Assembly: GCF_963921235.1 (NCBI RefSeq)
Contig: NC_086107.1
Location: 112,842,001 to 112,906,000 of the forward strand
Direction of reading: 5' to 3'
Source of the DNA: Mobula hypostoma
Lineage: Eukaryota
DNA: 64,000 nt
Program-made: the position numbers and the translations under genes
Shown: piece after piece, positions 41,001 to 52,673 of the stretch
How the letters are laid out: each line of letters starts with the position of its first letter
Position numbering within the stretch: position 1 is the first letter of the stretch
The notes under the pieces: generated by a model
What the model saw: only the letters and a program-made list of their open reading frames with translations
Told to the model about the DNA's origin: nothing
Database searches by the model: none

Positions 41001-44000
41001 TCTGGCGAAAGCGGAACATGCCCACAGCTTACCAATCCTAACCTCAATGTCTGCGCAATGTCTCTGGAGCAACCGGAGGAAACCCTCACGTGCATGGGGA
41101 GAACAGAGTAGAAAAGGCAGATCTCAATACTGGCAGTGGCCCTGTAGATGATCTGCCATATTCCTCAACTTATTCAGAGATACAACACGGTAACAGGTCC
41201 TTCTGCATTGGCGCTGCTCAATTACATCCATGGGGGCAACTAACCTACTAACCGGAAAGTCTTTGGAACATGGAGGGAAACCGGCGCACCCAGAGGAAAC
41301 CCATATGGTCAAGGGGGAGAACGTACAAACTCCTTACAGGCCACGGTGGGAAATGAACCCAGGTCGTTGGCACTGTAGTAATGTTACACTACCATCAGCA
41401 GCCCACAATACTGAGCTGAACATCAGATTCAGGTTTAATATCACCAGCATATGTCATGAAATTTGCAGCAGCATTACAATGCAATACATAATAATAGGGA
41501 AAAAAAATATATTTTTTAACTTGTTAAAATAAATAGAAATAATAAAGTAGTGAGGCAGCGTGCATGGGTTCAATGTCCATTCAGAAATCAGATGACAGAG
41601 GGGAAGAAGCTGTTCCTGAATCACTGAGTGTGTCTCTTTAGGCTTCTGTACCTCCTTCCCGATGTAGCAATGAGAAGAGGGCATGTTCTGGGTGGTGGGG
41701 GTCCTTATAAGATGGATAATCCCTTTTTGAGGTGCCATTCCTTGAAGATGCCCTCGATACTATGGAGGTTAGTACCCATGACGGAGCCGACCGAGTTTAC
41801 AAATCCCTGCAGCTCATTTCAATCCTATGGAGTAGTCCCCCTCCATACCAGACAGTAATGCATATTCCCACCTTCACCCCTCCTTTTCTGCGGTAAGCTT
41901 GCCAAGCTCGCACAGATGGGGGAAGTCTTTGAGCAAATATAGTGCCCCCATCCACCAAGTGAAAGATGGAATGTCATGATTTACCAGTGGGCTTACAATG
42001 AAGCAAGGTGGAAGAAATGTGAAGAGATCATATAGCTCAGTTGAAGATCCATTTTATTCAGAAAGGGCAAGACGAGGGAACACACACCAATCCTCACTGA
42101 GGGATCAGAAGTGGAGAGAGTGAGCAATTTCAAGTTCCTGGGTGTCAATATCTCTTGAGGATCTATCCTGGTCCCAACATATCGATGCAGCTACAAAGAA
42201 AGCACAACAGTGGCTATGTTTCATCAGGAGTTTGAGGAGATTTGGTTTGTCACCTCAAACACTCAAAAACTTCTATTAATGTACCTTGGGAGAGCATTCT
42301 GACTGGCTACATCATTGTCTGGTCCAGGAGGTGAGTGGGGAGGGGAGAACAACTGCAACGGATTGAAGTCAACTGCACAGAGTTGTAAACTTAGTCTGCT
42401 CCATCATGAGAATCAGCCTCCATAGTATCCAAGACATCTTCAAGGAGCAATACATCAAAAAAGATGGTGTCCATCATTAAGGACCCCCACCACCCAGGCC
42501 CCCTTCTCAGTGCTATCATCAGGAAGGAAGTACAGAAGCCCGAAGGTACACACTCAATGACTCAGGAACAGCTTCGTCCCCTCAGCCATCCAATTTTTGA
42601 ATGGACACTGAATCCACGAACTCTACCTCACTACTTTTTTTATGGCTATTTTTCATTACTTATTTAACTATTTGATTTACATATATACTTACTGTAATTC
42701 AGTTTTTCCCCCTCTCTATTATATTTTGTATTGTACTGCTGCCACAAAGACAACAAATTTCACGACATACGCTAGTGATATTAAACCCGAATCTGATTAC
42801 ACGTTTCTAAATGCAGAATATTCACTGAAGGTGTATTTTGGTAGCTAATGAAACAAATCAAAACAGCAAACTTGTGCAGACTTACAGGAAACTAACAAAA
42901 GCACACATAGCAGATCTGAACAAACAACCTCCAAAGGACTTTGGCTCAGCAACTTTGCTAAATGAAAACACTAATGCAGACAGTGGGATGTCCCAATAAC
43001 AAGTTTGTGATTACTCTTGGGGAACTCGGAACAACTGGTAAATGCTGGCATATATGTCCCTGCTAACCTGGAATCACTCAAATCATAAAAGTGTTTAAGG
43101 TGCCCTCTTTTCATCGTTACCATCAGGAAGGAGATACAGAAGCCTGAAGGTACACACTCAGCGATTCAGGAACAGCTTCTTCCCCTTCTGCCATCTGATT
43201 TCTGAATGGACATTGAACCCCTGAGCACTACCTCACTAGTTTATTATGCTTCTGTTTTGCACTATTTTTAATTTAACTATTTAATACACATATACACTTA
43301 CTGTCATTGATTTTTTCCCTATGTTTATCATGTATTGCCACTAAGTTAACAAATTTCACCAGTGATATTAAGCCTGATTCTGGCCCCTTTTAATACACAC
43401 TGACGCAGGCCATCAATAAAGTATTGCTGGAGCTTGCAATCTGCACCATTGCAAAATAAATAGGGTACAGTTCTAAAACACAAAAGGGAGTAAATGTTAT
43501 GGCAGAACTGGAGAAGTGTACAGTCATTATCATTTTTGAGTGGTCTCAGTAAAGAGCTGTACTTGTAACTCTGATGCTGATGGTCAAGGTTCAATACTAT
43601 TGAGAAATAAGGAAGGGCACGCTCTACACCAGGACTGCAGTCGCTTCCAGTGCATTAACCACAGATTTTTTGACGAATGCAGTCAACAACCTCATAACAT
43701 CCTGACCAATTTGATCTTACTAGATTATCAGACGTTCTACAGCATTAACCAGAGTGAGCAATCTCATTGTTTTGTACAAAGCACTCAAGGGGACTGAAAA
43801 CCTCGCTTTTGCCCTTGTGGTAGTCTCCCTACATCAATTCAGCTTTTGGCACCTTATTCAGTGACAGATCCTGCATTTTGGGCATCAGTTCTCGTTTATC
43901 TGCAACATCTCCAGGCCTGCTCTAAATTCCTGGTTCAGGGAAGATATACAATGAACAAATGTAAGAATTAGATAAGGCTGTCATGAGGAGAGGGGGGAGA

Positions 44001-44497
44001 GAGGCAAGAGGCAACCGCCCTCGATCTACTGCCCTAAATAGCGGCATCCCTGGTCCTTCTAAAATGGAAGTGCTGTGCCCACAACAAGGGGCATGCCACC
44101 AAAACCCTCCCAACAGGGCACGATTGTCCACATTTGTTGAGCACAACAGGGACCTCCTGGGCAAGGAGGAGGGAGCAGGAGTGGACTCCACCTCCAGCCT
44201 CCACTCTCTCTCCCTCACACAGAGGGAGTGAAGTCAGTCCAAGGAAACGCTCCAGAGCACTACCAGCACCATGGGGTGTGACGGCACTCCGCGGCATCAC
44301 CGTGGAAACCGTGCAACCCCCAAACCCAAACCCAACCCCTTGTAATGCCCCAATAAAAATATATGATGCACAGATTAATACTGGTTAATTAAAAGGGAAG
44401 GGACTGATCAACATTAAGGAGAGGGCAGATGAATTATAAATGAGCTGAAGGACGCCCCCACCCACTCCCCCAAAAAAATATATCTGTAGGCACTCAC

Positions 44498-44564
44498 AGT
44501 TCCTAATGTCAGAGATAAACACCGCCAGCCCCCTCATCCCATCGCCTTTAGACACCGCGGGCAT
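44498..44564 (-). CDS. AP2A1: AP-2 complex subunit alpha, coding exon 1 ([22 protein letters not shown])
   Basis: Manual minus-strand translation matches the conserved alpha-adaptin N-terminus. ATG at 44564-44562, GTGAGT donor after 44498, 67 bp, phase 1. Confidence 0.95.
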
Positions 44565-45450
44565 CTTCTCGGGTTACAATCTACCGCCTCAGCCAAGAGA
44601 ATCGGGCGGAAGGCAGCGAGCGAGCGGGCGGCCGCGGTCTCTTACAATGAGAATTTCACACCAGGCCTCGGTCTGCCTGTCACTGGGCGCCTGGATCAGC
44701 AGGCCGGAACTGGGTGGAAACCAAGCCGCCCAACCTTCATCCCCTTCCGCCGGCCTTGTTGGGCAATATAAACGTCAATCATAGAGTTCTGTTGTCTAAT
44801 TAGTTAAAATCAACGTCACTCACTGTAAATCACAAATACTATTGGTTTATCAAACTTGAGTGTACTGTCAACCCTCCGTCACAGCTCATTGGTTACATGG
44901 TGCGTCAATGCGCATATTCTAAATTTTTATTGGACTGTGTCAGCATCAATCAACACGGGCTCTGGAATCTATTTGCTAAAAAGGGATTGTACCACTTGGT
45001 GGGTGGGATCTACTCATACTTTCTTCCGTGAGTGAGCAAAACAATTGTCTGTCAAAATATTCGGAACTCTAATTGGCTGGTATGATGATCATGGGGTGGG
45101 TGTAATGTTGGAGCCGTGAAGTCGGGAATGAGGCGCGGAGGCGGGAAGACAGGATGGAGCTTGATGTCACTGGACGAATTATCAATTTGAACAAAAAGTT
45201 AACATCGCGTTTGTTTTTAAACATATGGTAAATAATATTTTCCATGCAGCGGCCATTACAAATGCGATGCATTTTGATTGGACGATAAACGACATCGTAA
45301 CGGAAGTACCGCCCTCCTAAAAAATCGCTGAATGGTTAGTAAATCTGCCAATAACTAAAGTCCTGCTTGATGATTGTGCGGGAGGCCTGTCAATCAATCA
45401 TGCGGCGGCCCCTTGACGGTGGGAGGACTGGAATTAATATAATGAAACTT
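44565..45450 (-). promoter_or_regulatory. AP2A1 5'UTR and CpG-enriched promoter with CCAAT, PBX/PKNOX-like, ETS and YY1-like motifs
   Basis: Local CpG enrichment immediately upstream of the ATG. ATTGG at 44841, 44888, 44929, 45072, 45277; CCAAT at 45348; CGGAAGT at 45301; CTGTCAATCA at 45387-45396; GCGGCCATT near 45249. Confidence 0.75.
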
Positions 45451-46476
45451 TCTTCATTCTCCGGAGGTTCGGAGTTGTTGCAGTGATCAATATTATTCCC
45501 AGACCAACATTAACTGGTGCAAAAGGGGTCATGAATTGGTTCGAATACGAGCCCCATGTACTGAATTAACAGTGTAGAAACTAGCCATTTGGCCTAATGC
45601 TCAAATTATGTAGAGTATGGAAACCCAGTTTCCTCATTCATTCAAACAACATTTGACTAGTGCATTTGAGTGCACAAACCTTGTGCATTTGACTAGTTTC
45701 TCTTTAAATATGTCTATGCCATTCACATCGATTGTGAGAGGGCTTTCTACGTGCTCACTTCTCTGGATAAAGCTTTCTCAGGAATCTCATTGGCTTTATT
45801 AAGGACTATAGAGTCACAGAACAGTACAGCACAGAAACAAGCCATTGGGTCCATCTATTCCATGCCGAACCGTTTCAGCTGCCTACTCCATCAATCTGCA
45901 GCAGGACCATAGACCTCCGTACCCCTACCAGGCGTGTACCTTCTCTTAAAGGTTGAAATCAAGCTCGCATGCACCAGTTGTGCTGGCAGCTCATTTCACA
46001 CTCTCACAACCCTCTGAGTGAAGGAGTTTCTCCTCATGTTCCCCTTAAACTTTTCACCCTTAAACCATGACTTTTGGTTGTAGTCCCACCCAACATCAGC
46101 GGGAAAAGCCTGCTTGCATTTACCCTATCTATATCCCTCATAATTTTGTATACCACTGTCAAATCTCCTCTCAATCTTCTGCTTTCCAAGGAATAAGGTC
46201 CTAACCTATTCAATCTTATAATTCAGGTTCTTCAAACCTTGCAACATCCTTGTAAATTTTCTCTGTACTCTTTCAACCATATTTACATCTTTTCTGTGAG
46301 TAGGTAACCAAAACTGCACACAATACTCCAAATTAGGCTTCACCAGTATCTAATGTTGAAGTTGTCTAACATCCCATCTCCTGTACGCAATACTTTGAAT
46401 GTGCCAACAGCTTTCTTTACGACCCTGTCTATCTGTGACGCCACTTTCAACAAATTACGGACCTGTATTCCTAGAT

Positions 46477-46742
46477 TAGTCGGCTGGTGGTGCAACGAGA
46501 TCAGTGCCAGGCTCGAGAACGGAGGTTCCCGAGTACGATCTAGTGACAAACCGCCCCCGTGCGCGCTCTCCATCCGCGCCGGGTTGATGTCGAGCTCGCA
46601 ACTCGGCCTCGTAAAATAATACTGCGAAATGTCTGTGTGAGGAGTGGTGCCCCACACAGCCTTTCGAACTGTGCCTTGTAAGGCATGAAAATGCTCGATG
46701 CTGGCCTCTCAGGTCTGAGTCGATGTCGTCATCATCATCATC
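46477..46742 (+). mobile_element. tRNA-derived SINE with RTE-like 3' tail and (CAT)n end
   Basis: A/B-box-like head. TSD attcctagat at 46467-46476 and 46743-46752. Inserted in a CR1 remnant. Confidence 0.8.
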
Positions 46743-48158
46743 ATTCCTAGATCCCTTTGTTCTACCACACTCCTCAGTGCCCTACCGTTCACTGTGTAAG
46801 CCCGACCCTAGTTGGTCCTACTAAAGTGCAACAACAGGCAAGGCTTCTACTCTAATACTACTCTCACGTTTTTAATTCAGTCCCAAATGACCAGTTCTCA
46901 TCAAAATAACAATTGTATGTTTATCTCATCAAAAATAGATTCAAAAGATTCTAAGATTCAAAGGTTGAAAGTACATTTATTATCAAATAATGGATGAATT
47001 ATACAGCCTTGAGATTTGTCTGCTTACTGGCAGCCACAAAGCAAGAAACCTGAAGAACCCAATTAAAGAAAAAAAAGACCAACACCCAATGTGTAAGAGA
47101 AAGAAAAAGATGACAAATCATGCAAACAATTGAAGTGAACAGCTACATTCCGAACCAAATTGAGTCCTCAGATCGGAACCCCAGAGTAGGCCCAAAGCCT
47201 CACTTATCAGTTCATCATTTTAGTGGGCATGGTGCAGAGCAGTCGGGGCAGTCATCATACCCTCAACACCATGGAGAAAGGAGTGCTCATCATGGAGAAT
47301 GAGCGAAATCGGCTCCTGCCCCGGATCTTGTCACTCTTGTCTTTTCAGTCTATCTGGGCCAGTGTTTAAACTGACCAAACGATGGAAAAGTAAAAGTCTC
47401 TGGTGCCCAGGAGAGAGGAGTGAACATTGTGGAGAGCAAGCAAAATCATTCTCGCCTCTGATCTGGGGTGGCGGTTACATAGTCTAAACAGCGGATCGTA
47501 CCTCGCACTAGGATCTAACTACGGCAAAGGAACCGGGATCTTCTAACTGATTCCTCATCTTTTTTTCCTCCAGTCCTGCTGAAGGTTCTCAGCCCGAAAC
47601 GTCGACTGTACTCTTTTCTCTAGATGGTGCCTGGCCTACTGAGTTCCCCTAGCAGTGTAGATGTCTTGGCTACTATGGAGGCTAGTACCTATGATGGAGC
47701 TGACTAATTTTATAGCTCTCTGCAGCTTACTTTGATCCTGTGCAGTAGAGCCACCCCTCGCCCCCAATACCAGATGGCGATGCAGGGGGATTAACAAGCA
47801 AAAAACTAAATAGAACTAAGGTACAGTTTTGACAAGGTCTATCTGAATGGTGGAACAGGGCTTGAGGAATGGTGGGTCAAGACGCATCTGAGGAAGACAA
47901 TAGGAGTCAACATTTCAGGTCAAGCCCCTTCATATACATCCAAGTTCACATATATCCTAAATGATCCTAAATATATTCAATGACTAAAAATCCACGTTTC
48001 ATTACCCCTCAAAACTAATCAATAAGCTTCAAGGGCTTGGCCTCAATACCTCCTTGTGAAAGTCGGATCCTTCAATTCCTCACTTGCAGACCCCAGTCAG
48101 TTCAGATTGGCAACAACATCTCCACATTCTCCATCAGCACAGGAGCTCCCTGCTCTAC

Positions 48159-48885
48159 TGTCAGGGCACTGGAGCAGGGATCCAATCGCAGACCCAGTAC
48201 TGCGCACACAGTGATATTAATTGAGTAACAAATCCCAAGGTGCAAACCAGGTCAGCGTCAAAGTTCAGGCAGAGATCAGAACATCCATAGAAATTCAAAA
48301 ACCAGAATCGGGAAACGGGCAGAGTCAATATTCAGACAGACAGAGTACAGGTACAAATACTGGAAAGGTTTAGGAAAACTCACTGGCACAATCTGGCAAC
48401 AAACAGGTGAAAACACAGGATGGAAATACACTAACAATAAACAGAGAGGCAGATGATAGGTGGAGCACAATGAGACACAGGTGGCGGCAATACAGCTAAT
48501 AATGAGAAACAGGTGAGAGACGGAGTAATACAGGGGCCAACACAGAGCGTCATAGGAAGTCATTCCTGCCTGTGGCCATCAAACTTTACAACTCCTCCCT
48601 TGGAGGGTCAGACACCCCGAGGCAATAGGCTGGTCCTGGACTTATTTCCTGGCATAATTTACATATTATTATTTAATTATTTATGGTTTTATATTGCTAT
48701 ATCTATTCTTGGTTGGTGCAACTGTAACGAAACCCAATTTCCCTTGGGATCAATAAAGTATGACTATGACTATGACTATGAGTAGAACAGGAGCGGGGAC
48801 AGAAGCACATGGCAATACAAAACCACAGACTGACAGCTAGGGGGAAAACACACAAAAAGACAGAGTTCAACTGGAGGTACGGACA
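48159..48885. mobile_element. Solo LTR inserted in a Rex1-type RT region and itself interrupted by a LINE 3' end
   Basis: TGTC...GACA termini. 5-bp TSD tctac at 48154-48158 and 48886-48890. Confidence 0.8.
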
Positions 48886-49644
48886 TCTACTCGTTTTACA
48901 CTTATGACTATGTGGGCTAAGCACAGCCATATTCACGTTCGATGACGACACCACTGTTGTCGGGCAAATCAAAGATGGTGACGAATCAGCCTATAGGAGA
49001 GAGATTGAAAATCTGGCTCAGTGGTGCCACGACAACAAGCTTTCACTCAACGTCAAGGAGCTGATTATTGATTTCAGGGAACCAGATATCCATCAACTAG
49101 TACTCACTGGAGGATCAGAGATGGAGAAGATCAGCAACTTTAAATTCCTTGGTGTTATTATTGTGGAGGACCTGTCCTGGGCCCAGCACGTAAGTACAAT
49201 TATGAAGAAAACATGGCAGCACCTCTACTTCCTTAGGATTTTGTGAAGATTTGGAATGACGTCTAAAACATTGACGAATTTCTATAGATGTGTAGCGGAG
49301 AGTGTATTGATTAGCTGTATTACACCTATATGGAAACACCAATGCCTTGAACGCCAAAGCCTACAGAAAGAAGTGGGCACGGCTCAGTCCATCGCAGGTA
49401 AAGACCTCCCCACATCTACGTGCAGCGTTGTCGCAGGAAACAGCACCAACCATCAGGGACCCCACCACCCAGGTCACACTCTCTTCTCACTGCTGTCATC
49501 AGGAAGAAGGTACAGGAGCCTCAGGACCCACAACACCAGGTTCAGAAACCTTATTACCTCACTGCTGTCAGGCTTTTGAATCAAAGGGGATAACTTCACT
49601 CGCTCTCTCACTGAAATGTTCCCACAGCCAATGGACTTACTTTC

Positions 49645-49880
49645 TAAACACAAAATAATCTGCAGATGCTGGGTTCAAAGCAACACTCACAACACGCTGG
49701 AGGAACTCAGCAGGTCGGGCAGCATCCGTGGAAATGATGAGTCGACGTTTCGGGCCGGAACCCTTCGTCAGGACCCCTTCCCTCTTCAGTCCTGACGAAG
49801 GGTTCCGGCCCGAAACGTCGACTCATCATTTCCACGGATGCTGCCCGACCTGCTGAGTTCCTCCAGCGTGTTGTGAGTGT
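49645..49880. mobile_element. Penelope-like terminal fragment forming a perfect 92-bp inverted repeat
   Basis: Arms 49683-49774 and 49789-49880. 11-bp TSD gacttactttc at 49634-49644 and 49881-49891. Confidence 0.88.
49788..49823 (+). ncRNA. Minimal type I hammerhead ribozyme motif (predicted)
   Basis: AGTC-CTGACGA-A-GGG-TTCCGG-CCC-GAAAC-GTC-GACT. Core boxes present, stem I AGUC/GACU, stem II GGG/CCC, palindromic ACGU in place of stem III. Predicted cut after 49819. Confidence 0.75.
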
Positions 49881-51811
49881 GACTTACTTTCAAGGACTCT
49901 TCAGCTCATATTCTTGATATTTATTGCTTATTTATTTTTTTTTCTTTTTATATTTGCACAGTTTGTTGTCTTTTGAACACTGGTTGAACGCCCAGTTGAT
50001 GTGGTCTTTCATTGATTCTAATATTGTTATTATTCCATTATGGATTTATTGAGATTGCCTGCCAAAAAATGAATCTCAGGGTTGTACGTGGCGACGTGTA
50101 CGTACTTTGATAATAAATTAACTTTGACTTGACTTTGACTTTTGACCCTCCTATGGGGAAAAGACCTTCAAAGATTTACAATCCACTGATTGACCCGATT
50201 GTCCTTACAAGCACACCTGTTTTCCTCATGTTCTTCAGGGATGAAAAATGTTGCTGTTGAACCCTTAACTGTGGAGCATAGGCCATTGTTAACCTCCCAT
50301 CCCCATCGTCCTCGGTTCTGAGCCAGTTTCTTGAGGGTGGACTAGGAGCTCATCTGTTTTTCTGATATTCTTCAGGGGATGAAAAATGGCTTTGCTACAA
50401 ATGCCTCTGCGTTGACTCATAACTATCTTTGAAAATGACCCAGCAAATGAGTCAAATTAGAATCGGAATCAGGTTTATAATTACCAACATATGTGTTGTC
50501 TTGTGGCAGCAGTACAGTGCAAGAAATTTTAAAAAATATCTGTAATTGCAATCATTAACTAAATAGTGGGAAGGTGGGATAGTGAGGTCATGTTCATGGG
50601 TTTATGGGCTGTTCAGAAATCTGATGGCAGAGGGGGAGGAGCCATTCTTAAAGGTCAGGTGGGGATCTTCAGGCTCCTGTACCTCCGACTCAACATGCTG
50701 ACACCCAGGAACTTGAAGCAGCTCACCTCTTCCACCTCTGACCTTTCAATGAGGTCTGGTGTGCGTTCTCCCACCTTTCCCTTCCTGAAGGGCACAATCA
50801 GTTCCCTTGGCCTTGCTGACTTTGAGTGTGAGATTGTTATTGCGACACCACTCGACCAGCTGATCTAGCTCTACCCGGACACCTCCCTGTTTGCACTTGA
50901 GACTCTGCCAGCAGCAGAGGTGTCATCAGTGAACGTTCAGATGGTGTTTGAGCTGTGCCTAGACACAGTTGTGAGTGTTGTGACTATTAATCATGGTTGG
51001 CACCGAAATATGTGGCGACACTTATGAGCTGCACCTGGGGTGTATCTTTAGATTGCATTAACTGTCAGTGCAAACAATGGCTTTCACTGTATGTTTCGAT
51101 GTCTTCGTCTTCTTAACCCCATCACCCCTTCTGGGACCTAGGCTGCCAATATCAGCTCTCTTTGTTCTGGGTAAGTCTTTCATTTTGCCCTAGGTATCTT
51201 CTTGGTGAGGATCCTTCCTCTCCTAGGGATGAGATCTTTGCAGCTTCTTCTGGCATTTCTGTAGCTCTGGGTTTTTACAGGATAGGTTTGCTAGCCCCAT
51301 CCCCAACCGTCCACCTTTCATACTCGGGCTTAGGACTGTCCAAGGCAGGGTTACGTTTCCATTTACACGTGATAAATAAAATGAATCTGAGTCTGGATAA
51401 AATGGTCCTCAACTCCTTCAGTGCCAGCTTGACGCTTGCCAGTGGTGGAATGTAGACTGCATCCGGGATGATGGTGGAGAACTCCCTCGGCCAATAGAAT
51501 GGAGGACACTTGAATGCCAAGTGTTCCAGATAGTAATGCTAGCATTGCCAGTGTGTTCAAATCCTGTGAGAAAGCAGAATCAAAGAGAAGAATCTCATGA
51601 TTTGTTGGATACTGGAAAGAACATTTCCTTTTCAGAAGAGGTTGACAATCTCCCCACCACCGAGCACATCCACAAGGAACGCTGCCTCAAGAAAGCAGCA
51701 TCTATCATTGGGGACCTTCACTCCCTGGACCATGTTCTCTTCTCGCCTCTGCCATCAGGAAGGAAGTACATGAGCCTTCGGTCCCACTCTACCAGGTTCA
51801 TTCACCTCTGC

Positions 51812-52658
51812 TGTTACATACCTTGTGACTGTCTTATGAGGATGATGTAATGGTCTTGTGCAGGTCACATGATGTAATTTTCCCGCCGATGTGAGGTCAC
51901 GTGATGACCTGTTCTCACCAGGTATATAAAAAGGGAGACCCTTGGTGTGACGCAGTTAGTTTTTCAGTTCAGTTTTGTGTTAGTTCGTCAGTTACCCCGT
52001 ATTGCTGCGTATTTGTTTTATGACGCAGTTTCGTTTTAAAACGGAGTTTTCCTGTCTATTTTAAGGTGCAAGGATTGTGCCGGCAATTTCACAAATCACT
52101 GCCAGCTTTGTTGGTATATCTTTGATTTTCCTTTTCAGTAGTATGGGAGGGTGAAGACTTTGTCAAAGTACGGGACCTGAAGGATTGAAAGAAGTTGGTG
52201 TCGTTCGGCAGTTTAATAAAGGATCGACGTTATTGAGTCTTCGGTAAAGAAGTAATGACCTGCATCGGAGGTAACTCCTGCCAAAAGAGCAAGGAAGTTC
52301 GTGCAGGGTTCGCTCACCAGAAAAAGGTCAGTTCCTTTTAAGCTGTTTATTTCCTTGGTCGTGAATCCTTTGGACAGAACCAGCAGAAACGTCGCGTTCA
52401 TGAAGAAATCTTTCTCCAGAAAAGTCTCTCCTCATTGACTGTGTAATTCACTTGGACTTTCGAATTTACCACTTTAAGAACTGTTTTTGAATTTACCCTT
52501 TTAGGAACTGTTCCAGAGTTGCCGTATAGCAGTTAACTTCTGGTTAAATTAGTCGTTTGAATATTTTTCACTATTGTTGATCAGAGTTTAATAAATGTTT
52601 GTTTGTTTTTATAAAACCTGACTCAATTGATATACTCATTGTTGCCAGTCACATGGCA
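51812..52658 (+). mobile_element. Solo LTR (Gypsy-like)
   Basis: TG...CA ends, 4-bp TSD ctgc, TATATAAAA near 51923, AATAAA near 52590. Confidence 0.8.
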
Positions 52659-52673
52659 CTGCTAATTAAATTT

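Larger units (their letters stand above)
47990..50125 (+). mobile_element. Degenerate Rex1/Babar-type LINE hosting three nested insertions
   Basis: RT-like text (ILQFLTCRPQSVQIG, FYRCVAESVL) resumes across the LTR and hairpin insertions. Related old copies at about 28520-29300, 32960-34030, 42080-42800, 55540-56425, 62500-62710 and 63640-64000. Confidence 0.75.

Noticed and set aside
45154..45231. Short plus-strand ORF MELDVTGRIINLNKKLTSRLFLNIW as first exon of a divergent gene
   Set aside because: No recognisable homology and no downstream exons identified.
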